In this document: positions 37,853 to 49,818 of the stretch, piece after piece
Layout of the letters: every line of letters begins with the position of its first letter
Numbering within the stretch: position 1 is the stretch's first letter
Assembly: GCF_963853765.1 (NCBI RefSeq)
Contig: NC_088854.1
Location: forward strand, 3,286,001 to 3,350,000
Direction: 5' to 3'
Length of the DNA: 64,000 nucleotides
Source: Magallana gigas
Lineage: Eukaryota
Program-made: the position numbers and the translations under genes
Notes under the pieces: generated by a model
The model's input: the letters and a program-made list of their open reading frames with translations, nothing else
The model's database searches: none
Told to the model about the DNA's origin: nothing

Positions 37853-39668
37853 ATGAACATGGCTGTTCCACCAGGAGGACCAATGGAGATCTGCTTCTCT
37901 TTTGATACTACTGGGTCGATGTCCAGTTCTATAAACGCTGTAAAAGAAAATGTGCAAGAATTGATTCTACGACTACAGACGGACATACCCGGTCTTAGAA
38001 TCGCTGTCTTCGCTCATGGTGATTATTGTGATAAAAACTCGTCATATGTCACCAAACACATTGACTTTTCAACCGATTTGAAAGAACTGTGTAACTGGGT
38101 GAAAAATGTTGAATCCACGGGTGGCGGCGATAGCGATGAATGTTATGAATTGGTGTTGCATGAGGTTCAAAGTCTATCGTGGACGCCGAGATCACAGAGA
38201 GCTCTGGTGATGATTGGAGATGCAAATCCGCATGGTGTAAATTACCCAGACAATAAATTGAGATTAGATTGGGAAGTGGAATTAGACAAATTGGCAGCAA
38301 TGGTGAGTACTTTTATGCAATAATTAGAGTATACACGCTTTTGATGGTAAATTAATTTCGATCACTTATAATTCAAAGCAACATTAAAAGCAAAGCAGTT
38401 TAAATTTTGGCTCATAAACACTTTTCATCTCATTCAGAGTGTCCGCGTGTACGGTGTACAGTGCGGAGGTTCGGGCGATGAGAGAACCAAAAACTTCTAC
38501 CAAACACTGGCCAACAAGACGGCGGGCAGACGAGTGGAGTTGGAGCAGTTTTCCAACTTATTTGATTTTATCATGGCTATTTGCTACAGAGAGCAAGGAG
38601 CAGAGTTTCTAGACCTCTATGAACAGGAAGTCCGTGCCAGAGATGCTAGAATGGGTCTCCATAAGGACGTGCACGCTCTGTTCGGGGCTCTAAGAGAGGG
38701 AGAAGAAGAACCTTCAACTTCCTCGTCAACCGCAGAGAAGCCAAAGTCCAGAACACTTGCATTCAAGCCAGCTCTGAAAAAGAAACCTTCGCTCACAAAG
38801 GCTCCTTCCATTACCAAAGGGAAGAAAAACAGTTCCCTCATTCATAAAGTCAAGAAAACCATCGCCAAAAAGAAACCCAGCTCTGCAGTCGATAGAAAGA
38901 AGGCGAAACTCTTGGCCATTTCTTGTCAAAAGGTATGTAGAAGTCTTTTTTCTTCTTCTTCTTCCTCTTCCTCTTCTTCTTCTTCTTCTTCTTCTTCAGA
39001 ATACACCCCATTAGATTGAAAATGTTGCTCGACCCTTAAAAGAACCCTTGGCTAACCAGAGGTTTTCTATTTATTGATCCAGCCTGCTCTCTTTTTTTTT
39101 GGCTGGCAAAAATGTTTGTTGTATGACCACGCAGCTCTTTACCATTTGTGGTAAATTGTATTTCATAATATTTCAGATGAACAATCTTAGAAAACTGAAG
39201 AGAGAAAACGTTCCGGACACGAACTTTTCTTTAAACAAAATACAGTGGTCCCCATGGGAACTAGTTATCTCTCCCACCAAACCAGAAAACGACTCTTTGT
39301 GGTCTGAAAGATACAGAGGAAGAAAGGGTTTCCGCAAAACCAGCGTCTGCGGAGGAAAAACTTTTCCTGCAGCTGTGTACGAGTTCTCTGTGAGGAAACT
39401 TTCCGATCCTAAACGCTACGTGACATACTGTAAATTGTCGTCAGGATTCACCAAGACAAGGTGTTGGGAATCGAGACTATTATCTCATTCTGACGTTCGA
39501 TCCCAAGTCAACAAAATTGTTGCTTTAGGGTATTCCGTCTATGTACGACGATGTTTGTTGAATGATTCTAACAAAGACACTGTCAGGAAATCATTACTTC
39601 GATATGACTATGCTTGGAAGCGAGTTACAAATGTTAGAGATTCGAAAAGAGATATATCAGTAGCATAA
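37853..39668 (+). CDS. Array copy 5: intact 478-aa gene (duplicate of copy 3)
   Basis: Exons 37853-38302, 38438-38932, 39177-39668. Confidence 0.88.
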
Positions 39669-40393
39669 TTTGTGTCATGTTATTTATTCTATGTCGTTTC
39701 TATTGTACTTGTGGTGCATTTTTATATCAGAATATAGATTCTGAATTTGTTGTTGTTTTTCAAATAAAACAAATATGAATGCACCTCTTACTTATGTCAC
39801 TTTACAAATTTCACGACATGCCACTGGTATATTTTAAGCTTCTTAAAGTAAAATAGTTCATGAAATATATCAAATAAGGAATTGAATTGAAAATTGAATA
39901 GCATTGCAATTGTGAAAATCAGAAGTGAAGTGCAAACCTTACGGCATTGACGAAAGGGTGGCATCGCAAGGGAATCTTCAAGATTCAAAGGGGAGCTAAT
40001 ATAACACAAAATGCCGGTCAACTGTTGACCGGTAGAATTCTGACATTGACAGCTACGGCGTGCTATAAGTAGGGATTGTAAACATTTTGTAGTAATAAGA
40101 CTGGGTAAGCTTGGCAAAGCTAAAAAAAAAATGAAAATTTGGCGAAATATTAAAGGATCAATATCTCACAAAAATCAAAGTAATGGAAATTGTTCACATC
40201 TTGTCAGTAATTTTCCACAAAGATTGGTTTTGGATTCTTTAAAGAGAAAAACACAGATGCATTTCTGCTGAATGTAAGTATGCAGAAATGATTCTAGTCA
40301 CATTATTGAAAGAAAACTGTACTCGTTATAGTAACTTGCTTAAATATCTGTCCCGTGTTAGCTTAAAGTGTTGTTTTGAAACACACACGTAAA

Positions 40394-41332
40394 GAACAAG
40401 TGCACTTAAGCTATAGAGAATGGGCCCTTTTTGAGTGCCGTTTATATGTAGAAAATATCAACAAATTGCTTTTTTCTCGTAATAGTTAAGCACTCATGGA
40501 TACTTCTGATTTATATGCACGCTTAATTTTACCAAAATTAGCATACAATTTAAAAAATTGAGGATTTTTAAATGCCTATAAATAATCTAAATCCGGAAAA
40601 ATCGAACCGAACCTACTTGAATTGTGTCTATTTAAATCAGAGGGAGGAGACATTTAAATCAACATTGCTCTGTTGGTGGATCGATTGGCGCGTTTGCTGA
40701 ATTATACTTATGTATTATTTTACGTTTTATAAAAATCGAATGAAGCTTTGAAGTTGCATATTTCCATAGTGACAAACAAACATTCCTGACCATACAAAGA
40801 TGATGGAAAGTGATCTAAAACGTGTCAATGTTTTACAGTGAGCACATTTGACAAACGTTTACCTGGATAGAAACCTCGTGATTGTTTGAAATAATTTATG
40901 CATGCGTGAGTTCAAACATGGGTCACGCAAGTAATAGCTTTCGCTTGCTATAGGAAAAATCTTGAAATTTTCATACGTTTTTCATTTTTTAGGTACCAGC
41001 CTAACCGAGTACAAACTTCTTTCTTTCACAGGAGTTTTCTAAATGTATAATGCGTATTTTGTCTTTTCCACAAGTTTGTACTCGGTTAGGCTGACAGTAA
41101 ACAAAGGCTTTAAAATGAATGCCTGTCCTCGATTTACTATACAAAATCACGAATGTCTGCTGACCCCTACTATGTTTTAAAGCTTCGTGCTTTTTATAAA
41201 CAATAAATTCAGCGCTAAAACTTGCTAATTCTTATGGAATAAATATCAATAGATAATGTTAGGGGAAAAAATATGCTTAATTTGATTCTTCATTTTTTCA
41301 CTTTTTATCGGGGCCCATAATTGCACTCGTCC
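40394..41332. mobile_element. Duplicate of the 939-bp TSD-less TIR insertion
   Basis: Matches 24475-25413 at +15,919. Confidence 0.85.
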
Positions 41333-41357
41333 TTTTGAACTGCGTCGAGGAAATATT

Positions 41358-44322
41358 TTTTTTATAATTTATTTCTTTTTCAAAGAAACAGACATGCAAA
41401 ACAGACATTCAATCATACACACACACATGCACACTTATGAATAAACACTGAAATTTATTATTTTGTGGTTACTTGCTTATATGGGAAAAAAATTAAGTAT
41501 AGAAAAAAAAATATTCATGATACAGTGTAATAAAAATAAATCAGATATCAGCAGCCAATATATCTTTCCAACTATCCCATAAGTTTTCAAAATATTGTAG
41601 TTTACCAGTTTGTATTGCAGCATATCTTTCAATATTGTATTTTAGTTTTAAGTGATAAAGGAAACCAATCAGACATGGTGTCTTATTTGACATAAGACAA
41701 CAAAAAATATATTGTTTCATATACAGAATTATAAAATTAATTACTTTGTTATGAAATGACAATGGAAGTTGGCCAAGTATAATATTAAACATATTAAATC
41801 CAATTCTTTCAGAGGTCTTTCTATAAATGTATACACTAAGTTCACTCCACAGGGTATGTATTTTCTCACAGGAAATAAAAACATGTATTATTGTTTCCAC
41901 ATTGTTTTTACAAAACCCACATGTGTCAGTATTTTTAATATTGATTTTTTTAAGGTAGTATCCAACTGGAAGAATTTTGTGTAGAATTCTAAATTGAAGC
42001 CATTGTACAGAAGAATCTTTGGTAGTTTTAAAACAAATCTTAAAAATATCATATACAGTAAGATCTTCAACATTATAATCAATCAGACCTGTTTTCCATC
42101 TGGTTACAGCAATTGGAACAACCACATTTTCGTTCAAAACATTGTAAATAATTTTTGTACACTTTTCATGGAGTATGATTGTTTGGAGAAAAAATGGTAT
42201 ACATGGATTAGGATTTCTTTGAACAGAAGTCCTGTCAATGTTAGACATTTTAAAAAACATAAAAATTGCTGATTTAACACTGTTGTATTGCATTATACAT
42301 ATATTCTTGAGATTGTATTTACATTTAAATTCTTCATAACTTAAAAAATTACAATTTTCATCATAAAAATCTTGTATGACCTTTACACCATTCTTGTACC
42401 AGGTTTTTATGAAAACATATTTATTTGCTATGAGTATTTTTGAATTGTACCACACCGGAGAATTTAAAAGATTATCTTTTGCCTTTGGGTGATCAATATA
42501 GGTAATAATAAAACATAACCATGAATTTAACACATCTTTCCAAAAATCATTGTTTACCTTGTGTAAACATTCAATTACAAAACTATCACCAAAATCAAAC
42601 AAATTCTGTAAAAACTCATTTCCATAAATGGTAAATAAAAAATCCATCCATGGTTTGTATGATTTTGTAAGCCTTTTTATCCATGAACATTTGAGAGATA
42701 TTATAAAATTGTTAATGTCAACCATTTTCAACCCTCCTGATGAATAGTCCTGTGTAATGACTGACCTCTTAACTTTATCAATCTTAGATTTCCACAGAAA
42801 TTCAAACAAAATTTTACTAAGGTATGAAATTGTTTCTTTCTTTGGATTTGGTAGTGAAATGAATAAATGATTTAGTTTCGGTATGAGCAAACTTTTAATA
42901 ACAGTAATTCTACCAATGGGAGTAAGAATTCGTCGTTTCCATTGCTCTACCATAGCTATAATTTTTGGAATTTGTAAATTATAATTCATATCGACAATAT
43001 TATGAAGATTTACTGAGAACTGAATTCCTAAAAGGTTGAATGTTGTTGACCCCCAATCCAATTTCCATCTTGTGTGATGATAAACCTGATCTGAAAATTT
43101 TTTGGATCCAATCCAAATAATTTTTGTCTTAGATGTATTTATTTTAAGACCAGAAAAACTCGAAAAAAAATTCTATGGTTTCAAGAGCTGCAAAAAGTGA
43201 TTTTGGTGAACCATCAAGGACTAGTGAAGTGTCATCTGCATATTGTGATATATTATGTTCAATATCATTAATAAAAATACCTTTAATATCTTTGTTTTGT
43301 TTAATCATTATTGCTAAAATTTCTGCACACATGATAAATAAATATGGAGCAACAGGGTCTCCTTGCCTGCATCCCCTTTGTACAACAAACTGTTGTGATA
43401 AATGGCCGCACTGTAAAATAGCAGCATGGAAGTTTGTATTTAAAATCTTAATCCACTGAATAATATTTTCTCCAAAGCCAAAATATTTAAGGACTTGGTA
43501 TATGAATGACCACGCCATAAAATCAAAAGCCTTTTCAAAATCTATAAGTATTAAAAGACCAGGTATGTTTTTGAACTCAGTGTAAGATAACAGGTCATAT
43601 ATAAATCTGGTATTTTCTCCAATGTATCTTCCCTTCATAAATCCAGACTGTGTATCAGATATTAAATAATCTAATACTTTCTTAATTCTAAAACTAACAC
43701 ACCCTGAAATAATCTTGTACAAAACATTTAAAAGAGTAATTGGTCGCCAGTTTTTTTAAAAACTGTCTAGGCTTATCACCTTTAGGTAGACATGAGATAA
43801 TTCCAAGTCTCTGTGAGATGGGGAGTTCCTTCTTCAAAAATATACAGTTAATGGCTCGTACAACAAAATTTTTAATATCTTTCCAAAATTTTTAAAAAAA
43901 TTCAGCAGTGTACCCATCACTCCCAGGAGATTTGTTGTTCTTCATATGTTTTATGACATTTAATACCTCTTTTTCTAAAAAAAAACATCTTCTAGACCAT
44001 TTGACAACTCATTTTTTAACTTAGGTGAATTGTAATTAAAAATAATATTATCTAAATCAATCCTTACTAATTTGTGTCCTCACTTGCATATAAATTTTCA
44101 TAGTACTTCTTTACATAATCTAGTATTTTTTCTTGCTCATATACCCTTCCAATACCCTCAACTTCAATTTGTTTTATTGTTTTGTTTATGTAATTTCTAG
44201 ATTCCAAATTGCAAAAATATGTTGAAGGTTTTTCGCCTTCCTCCATCCAATGGGCACGAGACATTATTATATTTCCAAACAACTTTTCCTTGCGTAGCTT
44301 TTCAAGAGCACATTTTTTTTTT
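41358..44322 (-). mobile_element. Duplicate of the 5'-truncated L1/Tx1 LINE
   Basis: Same TSD (41343-41357 and 44323-44337), same truncation point and frameshifts. One visible substitution (IIRSRA->IIMSRA). Confidence 0.95.
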
Positions 44323-45803
44323 CGTCGAGGAAATATTAATTTCATTATTATTAGGCAAAATTCACTTGAACTACCAATCAATTGAAACTGCGTGACTATA
44401 CTGAGATTACGGTTCTTTGAAATGCAAACAAGGATCGCTCCATGTTTTTTTTAATTCAAACTTTCATGTACAAATTATTCACATTTTCTCATATACTTAG
44501 TTTACAGTGCATACACATCACATATTCACTTCATTTAAGATATAAGAATAAACACAGTCACATACCGAAGATAAAAATGCTCATGTACAGACAAGTATAT
44601 ACAGCGACAAACAGACATATATGCACAAACAATCTCGAATACTTTATTTATCAACCATGGAAGTTTGCGTATTTTTAGTTAAGAGGTGGGTGGGGGAGAG
44701 GGGGACATTATCTATCAAAAGTCATACATATGCAAAAGGATACATAATAGTATACTTATATTTTCTTTTGCTATAATTTGATTACAATATCCTTGCAGCT
44801 ATTATAAACAGTTTATAACAAATCACAAATAGTTTGCCAATACTTTTCATACTCAGCAAATTTACAATTCTTAAGTACAGTAGTTTCTCAATATGTATTC
44901 TATCAGTGACAGTTCGTTTTAACATGAGAGTCGAGAGGTTTGGGACATTCTTAAACTTACTGGCAAAAATAAATTGTTTTACTGTAAGAATCGCTCCATG
45001 TTAATGTTCATGTTAATGGCATGTTGAAAATAACTTGGTTCAAATCCTTTATTTTTCGATTGGTGACTCAAAATGAACTTAAAGTGCTTGTCATATGGCA
45101 TATGTATTAAACGTATGTACGATGCTCTCTATTCCGCTCTTTCTGTATAAGTAAAGAAAAACGTGGCACCAACCTTGTTCGCAACACAAACCATTATCTA
45201 TAGCGTACTTGCATCTCTCCTGTATCTCGAAGGTTTGGTCGACTAACTTGAAATTTAAATAGTTACATTTTAGGTTTGCATTTTAACACCAAACGAAGTG
45301 TTCGACAAAAACACTACTTCTCAGTACCAAAACGTTATTCTGACAGCATTTATCGGTACAAAAAACCCCATTTAGACAAAATTACGCATAATACCAAAAT
45401 ATTATGAATTCACAAAAGGCTTAAAAAGTCAAATAAAATGGGCATTTTTCTTACAAGAACTGATTAATCTTAACAGGCCAATAAATGTTGGCGAACTATT
45501 TTTATTAGTTAATCAAGAATTCTTGCTATGTTTGCTGTGCTTTTGACTACATCACTGTAAAAAAAACTTAAAATAAGTTAACTGCACGTTAATTTTCTAA
45601 AATGTATTGAAAGGCTTTAAAATGTGCATAGCAAAGATCGTCAGCAAAAATCTATGTTAAATGTATCGCCAGTCTATCTTATCCCAAAATCGCCAGTCTT
45701 CCCCATGCACGAGCTCGAGACAGGAATCGCGAGTCTTCACCCCGAATGTATATAAACTCGTGCGGATACAGAACATTCATATCCACAGAAATACCCTGAT
45801 CAA

Positions 45804-47603
45804 ATGAACATGGCTGTTCCACCAGGAGGACCAATGGAGATCTGCTTCTCTTTTGATACTACTGGGTCGATGTCCAGTTCTATAAACGCTGTAAAAGAAA
45901 ATGTGCAAGAATTGATTCTACGACTACAGACGGACATACCCGGTCTTAGAATTGCTGTCTTCGCTCATGGTGATTATTGTGATAAAAACTCGTCATATGT
46001 CACCAAACACATTGACTTTTCAACCGATTTGAAAGAACTGTGTAACTGGGTGAAAAATGTTGAATCCACGGGTGGCGGCGATAGCGATGAATGTTATGAA
46101 TTGGTGTTGCATGAGGTTCAAAGTCTATCGTGGACGCCGAGATCACAGAGAGCTCTGGTGATGATTGGAGATGCAAATCCGCATGGTGTAAATTACCCAG
46201 ACAATAAATTGAGATTAGATTGGGAAGTGGAATTAGACAAATTGGCAGCAATGGTGAGTACTTTTATGCAATAATTAGAGTATACACGCTTTTGATGGTA
46301 AATTAATTTCGATCACTTATAATTCAAAGCAACATTAAAAGCAAAGCAGTTTAAATTTTGGCTCATAAACACTTTTCATCTCATTCAGAGTGTCCGCGTG
46401 TACGGTGTACAGTGCGGAGGTTCGGGCGATGAGAGAACCAAAAACTTCTACCAAACACTGGCCAACAAGACGGCGGGCAGACGAGTGGAGTTGGAGCAGT
46501 TTTCCAACTTTTTTGATTTTATCATGGCTATTTGCTACAGAGAGCAAGGAGCAGAGTTTCTAGACCTCTATGAACAGGAAGTCCGTGCCAGAGATGCTAG
46601 AATGGGTCTCCATAAGGACGTACACGCTCTGTTCGGGGCTCTAAGAGAGGGAGAAGAAGAACCTTCAACTTCCTCGTCAACCGCAGAGAAGCCAAAGTCC
46701 AGAACACTTCCATTCAAGCCAGCTCTGAAAAAGAAACCTTCGCTCACAAAGGCTCCTTCCATTACCAAACTGAAGAAAAACAGTTCCCTCATTCATAAAG
46801 TCAAGAAAACCATCGCCAAAAAGAAACCCAGCTCTGCAGTCGATAGAAAGAAGGCGAAACTCTTGGCCATTTCTTGTCAAAAGGTACGTAGAAGTCTTTT
46901 TTCTTCTTCTTCTTCTTCTATTTCAGAATACACCCCATTAGATTGAAAATGTTTCTCGACCCTTAAAAGAACACTTTGGCTAACCAGAGGTTTTCTATTT
47001 ATCGATCCAGCCTGCTCTCTTTTTCGGGATTCCTTGGCTGGCAAAAATATTTGTTGTATGACCACGCAGCTCTTTACCATTTGTGGTAAATTGTATTTCA
47101 TAATATTTCAGATGAACGCTCTTAGAAAACTGAAGAGAGAAAACGTTCCGGACACGAACTTTTCTTTAAACAAAATACAGTGGTCCCCATGGGAACTAGT
47201 TATCTCTCCCACCAAACCAGAAAACGACTCTTTGTGGTCTGAAAGATACAGAGGAAGAAAGGGTTTCCGCAAAACCAGCGTCTGCGGAGGAAAGACTTTT
47301 CCTGCAGCTGTGTACGAGTTCTCTGTGAGGAAACTTTCCGATCCTAAACGCTACGTGACATACTGTAAATTGTCGTCAGGATTCACCAAGACAAGGTGTT
47401 GGGAATCGAGACTTTTATCTCATTCTGACGTTCGATCCCAAGTCAACAAAATTGTTGCTTTAGGGTATTCCGTCTATGTACGACGATGTTTGTTGAATGA
47501 TTCTAACAAAGACACTGTCAGGAAATCATTACTTCGATATGACTATGCTTGGAAGCGAGTTACAAATGTTAGGGATTCGAAAAGAGATATATCAGTAGCA
47601 TAA
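45804..47603 (+). CDS. Array copy 6: intact 478-aa gene
   Basis: Exons 45804-46253, 46389-46883, 47112-47603. Confidence 0.88.
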
Positions 47604-47697
47604 TTTCTGTCATGTTATTTATTCTATGTCGTTTCTTTAGTACTTGTGTTGCGTTTTTATATCAGAATATTGATTCTGAAGTTGTTGTTGTTTTTCA

Positions 47698-47703
47698 AAT
47701 AAA
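47698..47703 (+). terminator. Polyadenylation signal AATAAA of the array gene (present in copies 3 and 5-10; AGTAAA or absent in copies 1, 2, 4)
   Basis: tttttcaAATAAAacaaat about 95 nt after the stop codon. Confidence 0.5.
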
Positions 47704-49818
47704 ACAAATATGAATGCACCTCTTACTTATGTCACTTTACAAATTTCACGACATGCCACTTGTATATTTTAAGCTTCTTAAAGTAAAATAGTTCATGAAA
47801 TATATCAAGTAAGGAATTGAATTGAAAATTGAATAGCATTGCAATTGTGAAAATCAGAAGTGAAGTGCAAACCTTACGGCATTGACAAAAGGGTGGCATC
47901 GCAAGGGAATCTTCAAGATTCAAAGGGGAACTAATATAACACGAAATGCCGGTCAACTGTTGACCGGTAGAATTCTGACATTGACAGCCACGGCGTGCTA
48001 TTAGTAGGGATTGTAAACATTTTGCAGTAATAAGACTGGGTAAGCTTGGCAAAGCTAAAAAAAATGAAAATTTGGCGAAATATTAAAGGATCAATATCTC
48101 ACAAAAATCAAAGTTTTGCAAATTGTTCACATCTTGTCAGTAATTTTCCACAAAGATTGGTTTTAGATTCCTTAAAGAGAAAAACACAGATGTGTTTCTG
48201 CTGAATGTAAGTATGCAGAAATGATTCTAGTCACAGTATTTAAAGAAAACTGTACTCGTTATAGTAACTTGCTTAAATATCTGTCCCGTGTTACCTTAAA
48301 GTGTTGTTTTGAAACACACACGTAAATTTTGAATTGCGTCGAGGAAATATTAATTTCATTATTATTAGGCAAAATTCACTTGAACTACCAATCAATTGAA
48401 ACTGCGTGACTATACTGAGATTACAGTTCTTTGAAATGCAAACAAGGATCGCTCCATGTTTTTTTTTAATTCAAACTTTCATGTCCAAATTATTCACATT
48501 TTCTCATATACTTAGTTTACAGTGCATACACATCACATATTCACTTCATTTAAGATATAAGTATGAACACAGTCACATACCGAAGATAAAAATGCACATG
48601 TACAGACAAGTGTATACAGCGACAAACAGACATATATGCACAAACAATCTCGAATACTTTATTTATCAACCATGGAAGTTTGCGTATTTTTAGTTAAGAG
48701 GTGGGTGGGGGAGAGGGGGACACTATCTATCAAAAGTCATACATATGCAAAAGGATACATAATAGTATACTCATATTTTCTTTTGCTATAATTTGATTAC
48801 AATATCCTTGCAGCTATTATAAACAGTTTATAACAAATCACAAATAGTTTGCCAATACTTTTCATACTCAGCAAATTTACAATTCCTAAGTACAGTAGTT
48901 TCTCAAGATGTATTCTATCAGTGACAGTTCGTTTTAACATGAGCGTCGAGAGGTTTGGGACATTCTTAAACTTACTGGCAAAAATAAATTGTTTTACTGT
49001 AAGAATCGCTCCATGTTAATGTTCATGTTAATGGCATGTTGAAAATAACTTGGTTCAAATCCTTTATTTTTCGATTGGTGACTCAAAATGAACTTAAAGT
49101 GCTTGTCATATGGCATATGTATTAAACGTATGTACGATGCTCTCTATTCCGCTCTTTCTGTATAAGTAAAGAAAAACGTGGCACCAACCTTGTTCGCAAC
49201 ACAAACCATTATCTATAGCGTACTTGCATCTCTCCTGTATCTCGAAGGTTTGGTCGACTAACTTGAAATTTAAATAGTTACATTTTAGGTTTGCATTTTA
49301 ACACCAAACGAAGTGTTCGACAAAAACACTACTTCTCAGTACCAAAACGTTATTCTGACAGCACTTATCGGTACAAAAAACCCCATTTAGACAAAATTAC
49401 GCATAATACCAAAATATTATGAATTCATAAAAGGCTTAAAAAGTCAAATAAAATGGGCATTTTTCTTACAAGAACTGATTAATCTTAACAGGCCAATAAA
49501 TGTTGGCGAACTATTTTTATTAGTTAATCAAGAATTCTTGCTATGTTTGCTGTGCTTTTGACTACATCACTGTAAAAAAAACTTAAAATAAGTTAACTGC
49601 ACGTTAATTTTCCAAAATGTATTGAAAGGCTTTAAAATGTGCATAGCAAAGATCGTCAGCAAAAATCTATGTTAAATGTATCGCCAGTCTATCTTATCCC
49701 AAAATCGCCAGTCTTCCCCATGCACGAGCTCGAGACAGGAATCGCGAGTCTTCACCCCGAATGTATATAAACTCGTGCGGATACAGAACATTCATATCCA
49801 CAGAAATACCCTGATCAA

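Larger units (their letters stand above)
34212..45437 (+). repeat. Second copy of an 11,225-bp segmental duplication (first copy ~18.3-34.2 kb, including the HINE)
   Basis: ORFs, TIR element and LINE recur at an offset of 15,918-15,919 (= 11,225 + 4,694 HINE). Diagnostic variants switch type between ~34,105 and 34,212. Confidence 0.85.

Noticed and set aside
46884-46926. 43-bp micro-intron followed by an extra coding exon
   Set aside because: All three frames after the cryptic AG hit stops within ~40 nt, and the length varies with the TCT tract.
47034-47111. N-terminal MAGKNICC..LYFIIFQ of the 189-aa ORFs as a separate gene start
   Set aside because: It uses a non-ATG start and lies in intron 2, ending at the tttcag acceptor; the true exon starts at the following ATG in frame with exon 2.
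47732-48052. Recurrent minus-strand 106-aa ORF (MPSLPSL..) and other antisense ORFs over the array gene
   Set aside because: Recurrence only reflects repeat identity; length and start vary among diverged copies, and there are no recognisable motifs.
48406-48693. Recurrent plus-strand 95-aa spacer ORF (MTILRLQFF..)
   Set aside because: Low-complexity AT/AC-rich spacer; the frame and length differ in the diverged spacers (17299, 44442).
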